Assembly (NCBI GenBank): GCA_965219445.1
Contig: CBDCNQ010000004.1
Coordinates: 832,001-896,000 of the forward strand
Length of the DNA stretch: 64,000 bases
Direction of reading: 5' to 3'
Source: Longimicrobiales bacterium
Lineage (GTDB): Bacteria; Gemmatimonadota; Gemmatimonadetes; Longimicrobiales; Gaopeijiaceae
The notes under the pieces are model-generated. The model was not told the origin of the DNA. It did no database searches and worked only from the letters and a program-made list of their open reading frames with translations. Shown piece after piece: positions 19,244 to 28,538 of the stretch (within the stretch, counting starts at the first letter, position 1; the number at the start of each line of letters is the position of its first letter). The translations under genes were made by a program, and so were the position numbers.

Positions 19244-20359
19244 CTACGGGCCCTGAGTCGTCGTCGTTTTCTCCACACGGTCCAGCGGAAGGACCGCCGT
19301 GTCAATGCGCTTGGGTCCGGCGCCTACGGTCATTTTCCCTATTATCTTGAGCTCCTGGAGGTCGACGGCCACCGTATAGTCAGCGCCCGAGACGGCCACG
19401 TACATGTACCGACTGTCCGGTGTCGGCGTCATCCAGTTCGCTGCCGGCCCCACCTCGACCGCGCCGATGTACTCGAAATCAGGCAGAGACCAACCGTAGA
19501 TTCGGCTATCCAAGCGGCTTGACGCCCAGACTGCGGAGCGATCCGGCAGCACTTCCAAGCCATGCATCGGAGCGCCCTGGTTGGCTTCGGCGCTCTGCTT
19601 CCACGCTGGCAGACGCGGCGGGTAGATGATTTGCTCCGTCTCCCCTGTCTCCCAATCGACCACCCAAAATCCGTTGACCGCGGCGCCTTGCGCCAGAATC
19701 TTGTCCGTCGACCCGTCCTCCGCGGCAAGGAACATCATTGGCCGGACTCGGTGGATCACACCCCTGGCGTCGGGTAGCGAGATTTCCCTCACCACTTCAT
19801 CGGTGCTGGCGTCGATGACCTGAATAGACCCCTCGTTCCGGCCGTTCAAACCGGCAACCACCCACTTTCCATCCGGGCTCACATAGACGTTGTGAATGCC
19901 GGTCGCCACCGGGATGCTCCCAAGCTTCTCGTGGGTGTCTAGATCGAATACGTCGACAAAGGGCGCCCTGGAGATCCCCACGTAGATCTTACGGTTGTAC
20001 TTGTTGTAAGCGGCCTTGTTGGGACGATTCGTGAGCTGGAGCTGCTCGACCAGCTGCAATGTGACCGTATCGAAGACGTCGAGCGTGTTTTCTGTTTCGT
20101 TCGTGCAGTAATAATAGGTCCCATCGGGATGCGAGAAGATATTATGAGCCCGCGGACAGCCCTCTATGTACCCGACGACCTCGTTCAGAGCCGGATCGAT
20201 GACGGCGTGCACGTTTCCGGCATTGTTGCTCTGCAGCATTCGTATCGCGACCCCGTCGTAGGAGTCGAGCCGTTCCACCTTTTGAGCGCCGAGCGGCGAT
20301 CCCGCGAACATCAGCCCCGCCAAAATCGGAAACATTATGGTCGCTCGCGTGCTACGCAT
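19244..20359 (-). CDS. YncE/YVTN-type beta-propeller protein (secreted)
   Basis: Signal peptide; repeats such as FSHPDG, VSPDGKW, TPDSRYMYV and VGAGP. Confidence 0.8.
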   Translation of the reverse strand: MRSTRATIMFPILAGLMFAGSPLGAQKVERLDSYDGVAIRMLQSNNAGNVHAVIDPALNEVVGYIEGCPRAHNIFSHPDGTYYYCTNETENTLDVFDTVTLQLVEQLQLTNRPNKAAYNKYNRKIYVGISRAPFVDVFDLDTHEKLGSIPVATGIHNVYVSPDGKWVVAGLNGRNEGSIQVIDASTDEVVREISLPDARGVIHRVRPMMFLAAEDGSTDKILAQGAAVNGFWVVDWETGETEQIIYPPRLPAWKQSAEANQGAPMHGLEVLPDRSAVWASSRLDSRIYGWSLPDFEYIGAVEVGPAANWMTPTPDSRYMYVAVSGADYTVAVDLQELKIIGKMTVGAGPKRIDTAVLPLDRVEKTTTTQGP

Positions 20360-20517
20360 TGTCACCCCCGGATCGGGAAGTTTGTAGGCTGCCACTCTTC
20401 GGTACACACGGTAGATGCCAGTGCTCCGCAAGGCAAGTGAGCGGTTAAGTGCCTATGACCCAGCGAGCAGATCGAGGCGAGCTCCATCATGAGACCCTTC
20501 CAACGGAGGCCAGGTTG

Positions 20518-21069
20518 ATGAAGCGCCTACTGTTCCCCCCTTTCACCGCAGTTCTTCTGCCGTCCGCCCTGTGCGCCCAATCCGCTGACACAGATATCGA
20601 GCGGACGCTGCTCGCCGCGCCCGCGTCATTGCGTGCCGAGGCGACGATGCTCGAGCTCCGTCCTGACGGCAGCACAGCGGTGCTCCGCGGGGGCAGCAAC
20701 GGCCTGATCTGCTGGGACAATGAAGGCCGTCCCGGTCAAATGGCCCCCCTCGACGTCCAGTGCACCGCCGAAGCCAATCGTACGCGATTGGAGCAGAACC
20801 ATGCTTTCGAGAGCGCTGGAGGGACAGTGGCTGAAATCCTGGCTCGCTTCGAGCGGGCCGAGGCGGACGGAACTCGTGCCTTGTCTGTATGGGGGAGCAT
20901 CTACTACCACGTGTATGGGGACTCCGCCCAGGATTACCGAACCCACACCGTGGTGGCCGTGCCTTACGCCGCCCGAGACCTCGGCTTCCCGGTTGCTCGC
21001 GGTCCGGCCATGCTTTGGCTCATGGAGGCAGGTACGTCCGGAGCGCATCTCATGGTTTCGGGACGATGA
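20518..21069 (+). CDS. Secreted hypothetical protein
   Basis: GGAGG RBS and signal peptide; LLAAP..GSNGLIC..WLMEAGTSGAHLMV. Confidence 0.7.
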   Translation: MKRLLFPPFTAVLLPSALCAQSADTDIERTLLAAPASLRAEATMLELRPDGSTAVLRGGSNGLICWDNEGRPGQMAPLDVQCTAEANRTRLEQNHAFESAGGTVAEILARFERAEADGTRALSVWGSIYYHVYGDSAQDYRTHTVVAVPYAARDLGFPVARGPAMLWLMEAGTSGAHLMVSGR

Positions 21070-21164
21070 GATCCCAACTCCGCTCCCTCTCCTCAGCCAC
21101 CCGTCAGGAACCCTCTCGCCTCGCCGAGCTCCGGCCGGGTGGCCGCGCGATCCATTAGATACAC

Positions 21165-21207
21165 AAAACGAAACGGCCCCCCGAGCCCAAAGCCTAGGAA
21201 GCCGTTT
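21165..21207 (-). terminator. Probable terminator downstream of tRNA-Asn
   Basis: Minus-strand stem AAACGGC..GCCGTTT followed by CGTTTT. Confidence 0.6.
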
Positions 21208-21227
21208 GATTCCTACCTTTTCTTCTA

Positions 21228-21300
21228 CTGGGGCGGGTGGGTTCGAACCACCAACCTCCTGGTTAACAGCCAGGCGCTCTGCCGGTTGAGCTACGCCCCA
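21228..21300 (-). tRNA. tRNA-Asn(GTT), CCA not encoded
   Basis: TGGGGCG/CGCCCCA acceptor stem, D arm GCTC..GAGC, anticodon arm CCTGG-CTGTTAA-CCAGG, T arm GGTGG-TTCGAAC-CCACC. Confidence 0.97.
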
Positions 21301-21376
21301 TTTCAGATACTTCTTCCTGCAACTAAGCCACGAACGCCGACCGGCCGCAAGTGCGCCCGGGCGGACAGGGTTGGTT

Positions 21377-21562
21377 TCACCGCGCCTCCCGAAGTTGCCC
21401 GTGGTCCAAAACGACCTGCAAGATAGTCTCGTCGTCGGCCTGTGTGTAGATGTCCTGCACCATGGCATGGCCCTTCCACCCACCTGCCCGCGCCACATCC
21501 TGCACGGGCAGGTGCTTTCGCTCCGTCGCCCATTTGCGGCGGTAGGCGTGCCAGAGGCTCTG
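21377..21562 (-). pseudogene. C-terminal fragment of a tyrosine recombinase/integrase
   Basis: LWHAYRRKWATE (HxxR), AGGW and DIY (catalytic Tyr position). N-terminal part missing. Confidence 0.8.
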
Positions 21563-21735
21563 CACGTGCAGGCCTCCACCGGACCTACGTGGGCAAGGTC
21601 GAACGGGGGGAAGCCGCCACGACGGTGGACAGCATCGCAGCACTGTGCTCCGCGATGGGCACGACGCTTTCGGTATTCTTCGAGTCCTTCAGCCGACCCA
21701 TTGGGCTCCGAGGACCGCGCCGCCGCGGTTCCTAG
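21562..21735 (+). pseudogene. C-terminal fragment of an XRE-family HTH regulator
   Basis: ARAGLHRTYVGKVERGEAATTVDSIAALCSAMG; the first helices and a plausible start are missing. Confidence 0.75.
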
Positions 21736-21884
21736 GGCATGATGGGACAGCAAGCGGCAGGGGGTTGCGGTCGTGGTTCCGTTGTCACACACACCGAATG
21801 CGATACTGCGAGGCCGCTAGTTCTCCACTTTGCCGACGATCACCACGCCTTCCACGAAGACGCGCAGCCTGGGGATCTGGTGGG

Positions 21885-24536
21885 TCAATCCGGCACGACC
21901 TCTCTCAGCATCTCAAAGAAGTTCAGGACGAGGATGTCTTCGTTGGCTTGGCGTCCCGTATTTAATCGGCCAGCGAGCAGGCGCTGATCGTCGGGTGCTA
22001 GCGAAAAAAGCCTGGCTCCGGTCCCGCCGTAGAATCCGGCCGCGGAGGCAAACGATTCCCGTGATTCAACTACGAACTCCGGGTCGGTGCGCACCGTAGC
22101 TATCATCCGGGAGGCATCGCCGGCCACATAGAAGATTTCCCGTTGGTTACTTGCCCAGATGGGCCTGAGTCCCCCTTCGAGGGAGACCGGTACGCGGCCG
22201 CCTGGGCCTGGGAAGGGGCGAACGTAGGCTTCGTGTCTGCCCGACTCATCGGACTGATAGGCCAGCCAGCGCCCATCAGGTGAAAGGGACGGCGCTAACT
22301 CATTGAAGGGAGTTTCCAAAATGGCGACGGATGTGCTGTCGGGGTGTGGCGCTCCGTAAAACAGGTCGTTTCCTCGCCCACCACCGGCACCCTCACGATA
22401 GACGAGCCACCTCCCGTCAGGCGTCCAGACGACGTCCTCCGGAATCCGCCCAGCTTCTTGAGGATTGCGTAGGAGTCGAGCACTTCCGCTTCCGTCCCAT
22501 GCCTGGGCGTACAGTTCCTCACCGAATCGGTAACCGACTTCGCGTCCATCTGGGCTCCAGAACGGGTCAAACATCCCACCTTCGAAGGTCAGCCGAGAAA
22601 AGGCCCCCCCCTGATCCATGTCGTAGATCCAGATATCCATAGTGGAGGAGCCAACGGGGGCGTGCTCCCACGCCACCCTCCTCCCGTCCGGAGAAATGGT
22701 CGGGGCTCGGAAGGCTCCCGTGAGTCGGGGGTCTAGGACTTCCTCTGACCCGTTCCGACTCACCCATACAGGGATTCCCCCGAGGACCTGGCCTCCTCCG
22801 GGGCGGTACACTAAGCTCCCGGTTTCCGAGAGCGAAAAGTAGCTGCCCAAAGCGGGGATCACTGTGATCCCTTCCAGCAGTGTGCGAGAAGGCCCCGTGA
22901 CCTCGAGGCGGCTCAGGTCAAATGGCGCAGCGAAGAGGGTTCCGTCGGCCGATGCGTACACGATGTGCCCTGAATGTGCGTACCTCGCCATCGTGCCCTG
23001 GAACAGCGGCCGGATCTCTCCAGTCTCGAACGACAGAACTGCGATCCCGCTTTCCGCGGCAGACCCAACGCGTCGGGTGAAGAGAATCCCCCTGCCGTTG
23101 GGGAGCGCCTCGGGGTAGGCCGGATTTGAGTTGTCCAAGCCACCATCCGTAACCTCCTCCTGCTCCCCGCCGTTCGCTGACACGCTCCAAATGCCCAGGC
23201 CCGCCTTTACGAAGTAGAGCCTCCCGTCCCGCCCCCAAGCGAGCCCCAAATTCCCCGCCACCGAATCGGTGACAACGGTCAGAGGGGGAGCGCCCGTGAG
23301 CGAGACGGTCGTGAGACCGCCGTTGAGCGTGAACGCGAGGGACGTTCCGTCTGGTGAGAAGCGTGGACTTCGAGCGTTCTCAGTACCGGAAACGGGAGTA
23401 GGTGCGAGTTGGTCTAGCGGTCGCTGCCAGAGTTGATTTTGCGATGGCTGCCCAGCGACAAAAACGATGCGCGATCCGTCGGGAGAGATATCCAGGTTAA
23501 CGCCTCCCCCGGTACCCCTTAGGAGATCCTCTGGTAAATCGAGCGAGAACCGAATGACGGGCTGTGACGGGTCTGGGCGAAGGAGCGACCAGCCGAGGAC
23601 CAGAGTCAAACCGAGGGCCAGAGCGCCCAGTGCCATCGCCACTGGAGTCCATTGACCTCGACCTACTGACGCACCCGCCGCAGCTTCGTCCCCATACCGG
23701 AAGTGCTCATCCTCCAGCGCCCTTACGAACTCCTGGACCGAACCGAACCGATCCGCCGGCAGCTTTTCCAAGGCGCAACGGACTGCTGCATCGACATTCG
23801 GTGGGACCGACGAGCGATGCTCTGTCGCCGAAACTGGCTTGCCCGCGATGATCTTGCCGAGCACAGCCTGAGTGGTCGTCCCTGGATAGGGCGGCTCACC
23901 CACCAGCATCTCATACAGCACCGAGCCCAGCGCGTACGTATCGGTCGATGATCCTACCGGCTGATCTCCGGTCGCCTGCTCAGGACTCATGTAGTAGGGC
24001 GTGCCCAAGCTGAGGCCGGTCTCTGTTAGGCGGTCGCCTCCGCCGGCACCCACAGCCAGGGCGATCCCGAAGTCCGAGACCACGGGCTCCCCGTCCTGGA
24101 TCAGGATATTGGCGGGCTTGATGTCCCGGTGGATGACATTGTGGCGGTGCGCGTAGTCGAGAGCGTTGGCCACGGCTGTAGCAATACCCACAGCCTCATC
24201 CACCGGGAGCTGCTTCTCGCGTTTGATCCTATCCTTAAGAGTCTCGCCTTCCACGTACGGCATCACATAGAAGAGGAAGCTGTCCACTTCGCCAGAATCG
24301 AAGAGCGGCAGAATATGCGGGTGCTGGAGGTTGGCCGTTGTCTTGATCTCAGCTAGGAAACGCTCGGCACCGACCACGGCGGCGAGTTCGGGCTTGAGGA
24401 CTTTCAGCGCGACCTTGCGCTCGTGCTTGAGGTCGTCGGCCAGGTAAACGGTGGCCATGCCGCCCTCGCCCAGCTCACGCTCAATGGCGTAGCGGCCCTC
24501 TAGAGCCTGGTTGAGACGGGCGACGGGATCGGTCAT
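21885..24536 (-). CDS. Hanks-type Ser/Thr kinase with TM helix and TolB/PD40-like beta-propeller
   Basis: LGEGGMATVY, VALK, HRDIKPAN, DFG, GTPYYMSPE; TM segment; SPDG repeats. ATG overlaps the upstream stop (TGATG). Confidence 0.92.
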   Translation of the reverse strand: MTDPVARLNQALEGRYAIERELGEGGMATVYLADDLKHERKVALKVLKPELAAVVGAERFLAEIKTTANLQHPHILPLFDSGEVDSFLFYVMPYVEGETLKDRIKREKQLPVDEAVGIATAVANALDYAHRHNVIHRDIKPANILIQDGEPVVSDFGIALAVGAGGGDRLTETGLSLGTPYYMSPEQATGDQPVGSSTDTYALGSVLYEMLVGEPPYPGTTTQAVLGKIIAGKPVSATEHRSSVPPNVDAAVRCALEKLPADRFGSVQEFVRALEDEHFRYGDEAAAGASVGRGQWTPVAMALGALALGLTLVLGWSLLRPDPSQPVIRFSLDLPEDLLRGTGGGVNLDISPDGSRIVFVAGQPSQNQLWQRPLDQLAPTPVSGTENARSPRFSPDGTSLAFTLNGGLTTVSLTGAPPLTVVTDSVAGNLGLAWGRDGRLYFVKAGLGIWSVSANGGEQEEVTDGGLDNSNPAYPEALPNGRGILFTRRVGSAAESGIAVLSFETGEIRPLFQGTMARYAHSGHIVYASADGTLFAAPFDLSRLEVTGPSRTLLEGITVIPALGSYFSLSETGSLVYRPGGGQVLGGIPVWVSRNGSEEVLDPRLTGAFRAPTISPDGRRVAWEHAPVGSSTMDIWIYDMDQGGAFSRLTFEGGMFDPFWSPDGREVGYRFGEELYAQAWDGSGSARLLRNPQEAGRIPEDVVWTPDGRWLVYREGAGGGRGNDLFYGAPHPDSTSVAILETPFNELAPSLSPDGRWLAYQSDESGRHEAYVRPFPGPGGRVPVSLEGGLRPIWASNQREIFYVAGDASRMIATVRTDPEFVVESRESFASAAGFYGGTGARLFSLAPDDQRLLAGRLNTGRQANEDILVLNFFEMLREVVPD

Positions 24537-27239
24537 CAATTGCCCATCCGCTCGCGAAGCTCCTCGAACCAGTTGGTGACCAGGTGGACTTCGGCGCTCG
24601 CCGCACCCTCATCACCCGTCCGCAACATCACGAATCGTCGATCGTCGGGACTCACGTCGTACATCGCGTGAGCGCTGGCGGTTAGGTAACCATCCATCGG
24701 GAACAGCACCTCTTCTCGCACCGTGGCGAACGTCGGATCTTCAGTGAACTGGACCGCCACCAGTTCGTTGGCTCCGTTCCGGTAGAACAGTTCCCGTCCG
24801 TTGTGTGCGAACACCGGATCAAGCCCCCCATCAGTGGAGACCTGCACCAGGCCTGAGCCAGCATCGGGGGGGGAAGGGACGCACGTAGACCTCATCTCGG
24901 CCCGTATTGTTCGAGACGTAGGCCAGCCAACGATCGTTGGGTGAGAGAGAGATCGACACCTCTCCGAACTCCGTCACCTGCAGCGGCACCGCCACGCTGT
25001 CTACCCCGGGTCGGATGGCGGAGATGTCGCCAAGTTGAAAGGCTCCTTCACGAAAGACCAACCATGTACCATCCGAGGAGTAGCGCGCCTCCCAGATTTG
25101 GGCTTCGGTATGCAGCACCAGTTCAGCCGTGCCGCTCCCGTCCGCACGCTTGGTCCAGACGTCGTAATTCACTCCTGCACGATCCGATAGGAATCTCAGC
25201 GACTCACCGTTCGGCGACCAAGTCGCCCTTTGGTTTATCGTTCCCTCGAACGTGAGCCGTGACAGCGGCCCCGTGGGCAACTGCTTCACCCACAGGTCAA
25301 ACGTTCCCTCAGAGCCCGGTATCGAGATCGCAAGTCGATCCTCATTTGGGGAGAGAGCGAGGCTGGAAAAGTTCGGGGTTCCCTGGGTCCTCCACGCGGG
25401 ATCGATCTCGCGGGCGGTGCCGTCTCTTTCCACCCATACGGGTGTAACCGATTGGTCTGTGCCACCGCCACCTGTGAGGTACAGAAGCGTGCCCGTCTGC
25501 GATACGGCGAACTGCGAGGCACCGCTGCCAAACACGGCCATCAAGGGGAGCAACGTCACCGGCGCTCCCGTCACCTGCAGCGACTCGACATCGAACGGTA
25601 CGCCCATGAGCGCCCCGTCACCGTGTCCGTAGATCAGGTGGCCCGTAGACACGTAGCGCGGCTGATTCCCACTAGGGATAAGCTCGCGGACCTCGCCCGT
25701 CTCAATCTCGAAGATCAAGATGCGCGATACCTGTGCACCACCACCAGTGCCGAATAACACCGCCCTTCCGTTGGGCAGGAGATGCGGTCGGGCGACGCTC
25801 ACCGAATCGGAGTCCAGCAAGACCTGTGGATCGCCTCCCGAGGACCCGACGCGGTAGAGAACACCTCCGTCGTTGTAGACGATGGTCTCGTCAAAGCCCC
25901 AGTGCGGGTAACCGCCGGAAGTCGTAACCGGAAGGGCCGGTCCGCCAATTATCGAAACTTTCGAGATCCCGCCTCCGGCAGGGAAGGAGAAGGCCACCGA
26001 TTGCCCGTCCGGCGAAAAGGTCGGGTCGGCACCCCCCTCCGTATTGGGAAGCTGCCTCCACTCCGGGTCGTTCGCAGTACGCATGTGGATGGAGCCGGAG
26101 GCCTCCGGCACACTCAGAATCGTGCGGCCGTCTGGCGAGATCGCGAGCCTCCATCGGCCACCTTGGCCGAGAATGTCGAGGCCCGTCACTGTCGCCCGCG
26201 TCGGGACACCCGGTTCGGGGGCCGGAGGAGACCGGAGCCAGCCCCAGCCAGCGATCAACGTGAGGACGGCAGCGAGGGCTGCGAACGCCATCGTCAGCCG
26301 ATTCCAGGGACCAGGCATCGTGGCGGGCGTGGCTACCGGCTCCGGGGTCGAGGTCGTTGCGGCTGTCCGAGTCCGCGCCTTGTACGTGAAACTCTCATCG
26401 CCGAGCGCCGCTGCAAACTCCGCCGCGCTCGTGAAGCGGTCGGCGGGCAGCTTCTCCAGAGCCTGAGCCAGTGCCGCAGCCACATTCGGAGCCACAGTTC
26501 TTCGCGCACTCGTGATCGACGGAGCGTCTGTCGTGAGGATCTGGACCAAGACCGCTTGGGCAGTAGGCGCAGCGAACGGAGGCTGCCCGGCGAGCATCTC
26601 GTAGAGCACACACCCCAGCGCGAAGACATCCGACTTCGGGTCCACGTCCCGGTCGCCAGTGGCCTGTTCCGGGCTCATGTAGTGCGGCGTGCCCAAGCTG
26701 AGTCCGGTCTCCGTGATGCGTCCGGCACCGGCCTGAGCGACGGCCAGCGCGATACCGAAGTCAGCGACGAGTGGCTCGCCCTGCTCACTCAGGAGGATGT
26801 TGCCCGGCTTGATGTCGCGGTGGACGACGCCGTTCCCGTGCGCGTAGTCGAGTGCGCCCGCGACCTTCTGCGTGATAGCGACCGAGTCCTTCACACCCAT
26901 TTGCTTTTCACGGTCCAGGCGATCCCTGAGCGATTCTCCTTCAACATAGGGCATCACATAGAACACGACCCCGTCCGCCTCCCCGGAGTCGAAGAGCGGC
27001 AGGATGTGGGGGTGCTGGAGGTTCGCCGTCGTCTTGATCTCGGCTAGAAAACGCTCGGCTCCGACGACGGCGGCTAACTCCGGCTTCAAGACCTTCAGCG
27101 CGACCTTGCGCTCGTGCTTGAGGTCGTCGGCCAGGTAGACGGTGGCCATGCCGCCCTCGCCGAGTTCACGCTCGATCGTGTAGCGGCCTTCTAGGGCCGC
27201 ATTCAGGCGGGCGACGGCATCCGACATGGAAGACAACAT
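24536..27239 (-). pseudogene. Paralogous Ser/Thr kinase-TolB propeller gene, frameshifted near the 3' end (or a sequencing error)
   Basis: ORF 24831-27239 leaves homology after YVRPFP. ORF 24536-24895 continues DAGSGLVQVSTDGG..LVTNWFEEL. The break is at a C8 run (24866-24873). Confidence 0.85.
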
Positions 27240-27325
27240 GCGTCTAAGGCGCAGGGGGCGGCAAGCAGCTACGGTGATGATCGCGGGCGGTAAGGGTCGA
27301 CCGCGCTAGGGACTCACTCCTCGTT

Positions 27326-27349
27326 GGGGTTGGTTTCGGGGTTGGTTTG
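27326..27349. repeat. Tandem 12-bp repeat GGGGTTGGTTT(C/G), candidate integrase arm sites
   Basis: Two adjacent copies. GGGTTGGTTTC recurs at 21368-21378 inside the other island end. Confidence 0.6.
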
Positions 27350-27450
27350 GCCCCGTTAGGGCCCCGTTTCGTGGGGCCAGGGCCCGCTAGGGCAACGGGC
27401 AAAATCCAGGCAGCACGCTAACTTCCCGGAATCGGGGGTTTCCAGGCGGG

Positions 27451-27491
27451 GGTTAACAGCCAGGCGCTCTGCCGGTTGAGCTACGCCCCAT
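27451..27491 (-). repeat. att-site direct repeat: 5' half (nt 1-40) of tRNA-Asn
   Basis: Identical to 21261-21301; diverges two bases after the anticodon loop. Confidence 0.93.
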
Positions 27492-27751
27492 CAACCGTCT
27501 CGATCCCCTCGACGGCCATACGAATCCGAAGGATCGATCCTGCCGATGAGGAACGTCGGGAAGAATCCTACGGAGGAGTCCCCACTCAGGGAGACGGGTC
27601 ATCACGCTGATTTCGCAGCCTACAGTAATTACACGCCCGGGAAAATGGAAGATAGTGTTGCCCTCCCCCCCGGTCGGGGACACCTTCGGGGGCTCGTGCC
27701 CTCCAACCACTTTTCGTTTTCGGTATACGGGGCGCCCGGACCGGAGAGCCA

Positions 27752-28525
27752 ATGAACCGTATCAAGGGAAAAACCGCTGTCGTCACCGGTGCCTCGTCTG
27801 GATTCGGGCAGGCCTGCGCGCGCGCCTTCGCTCAACAGGGCGCGAACCTCGTTCTCCTGGCCAGGAGACAGGACCGCCTCGAGGCTCTCGCTGAAGAGCT
27901 GTCAGAGACTGGCGTCGATGTCATCACCCGCGTCCACGACGTCAGAGACCGAGCGGCTGCTAGTGCCTTCGCGTCGGATCTGACGGGCCGGGGCATCGTA
28001 CCCGACATTCTTCTGAACAATGCGGGTCTCGCACGCGGCTTGGTACCCATCCACGAGGGAGAGATTGACGATTGGGAGGAGATGATCGACACGAACATGA
28101 AGGGTCTTCTCTATCTGACCCGAGCGATTCTTCCCCTCATGGTCGAGCGGGACGAGGGCCACGTCATCAACATCGGGAGCACCGCGGGCCGCTGGGTCTA
28201 CCCTGGGGGCAACGTATACAACGCGACCAAGTTTGCCGTGTACGCGCTGAATGAGGCGATGAACATCGACCTCGTAGGCACTAAGCTCCGAGTTTCGGGC
28301 GTCGACCCCGGTGCCGCCGAGACGGAGTTTTCGAACGTGCGTTTTCATGGCGACGACGATCGTGCCCGGAAGGTCTATGCGGGTTTTACGCCTTTGACGG
28401 CCGAGGACATCGCCGACGTAGTCTGTTATGTCGCCAACGCGCCACCTCACGTGAACGTCCTCCAAGTCGTCATTGAGTGCACGGCTCAGCGATCGGCGGC
28501 GGTCCTCCACCGAGAGGCCACGTGA
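27752..28525 (+). CDS. SDR family NAD(P)-dependent oxidoreductase (YdfG-like)
   Basis: TGASSGFG, NNAG, YNATK, ETEFSNVRF. Confidence 0.92.
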   Translation: MNRIKGKTAVVTGASSGFGQACARAFAQQGANLVLLARRQDRLEALAEELSETGVDVITRVHDVRDRAAASAFASDLTGRGIVPDILLNNAGLARGLVPIHEGEIDDWEEMIDTNMKGLLYLTRAILPLMVERDEGHVINIGSTAGRWVYPGGNVYNATKFAVYALNEAMNIDLVGTKLRVSGVDPGAAETEFSNVRFHGDDDRARKVYAGFTPLTAEDIADVVCYVANAPPHVNVLQVVIECTAQRSAAVLHREAT

Positions 28526-28538
28526 GGAGCCCACGCCC

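Larger units (their letters stand above)
21261..27491. mobile_element. Decayed integrative element (~6.2 kb) in tRNA-Asn
   Basis: Bounded by identical 41-bp direct repeats (21261-21301 and 27451-27491). Contains a tyrosine integrase remnant, an XRE remnant and two kinase genes. Confidence 0.85.

Noticed and set aside
27451..27490. Second functional tRNA-Asn
   Set aside because: Only nt 1-40 are present; there is no T arm or 3' acceptor strand.
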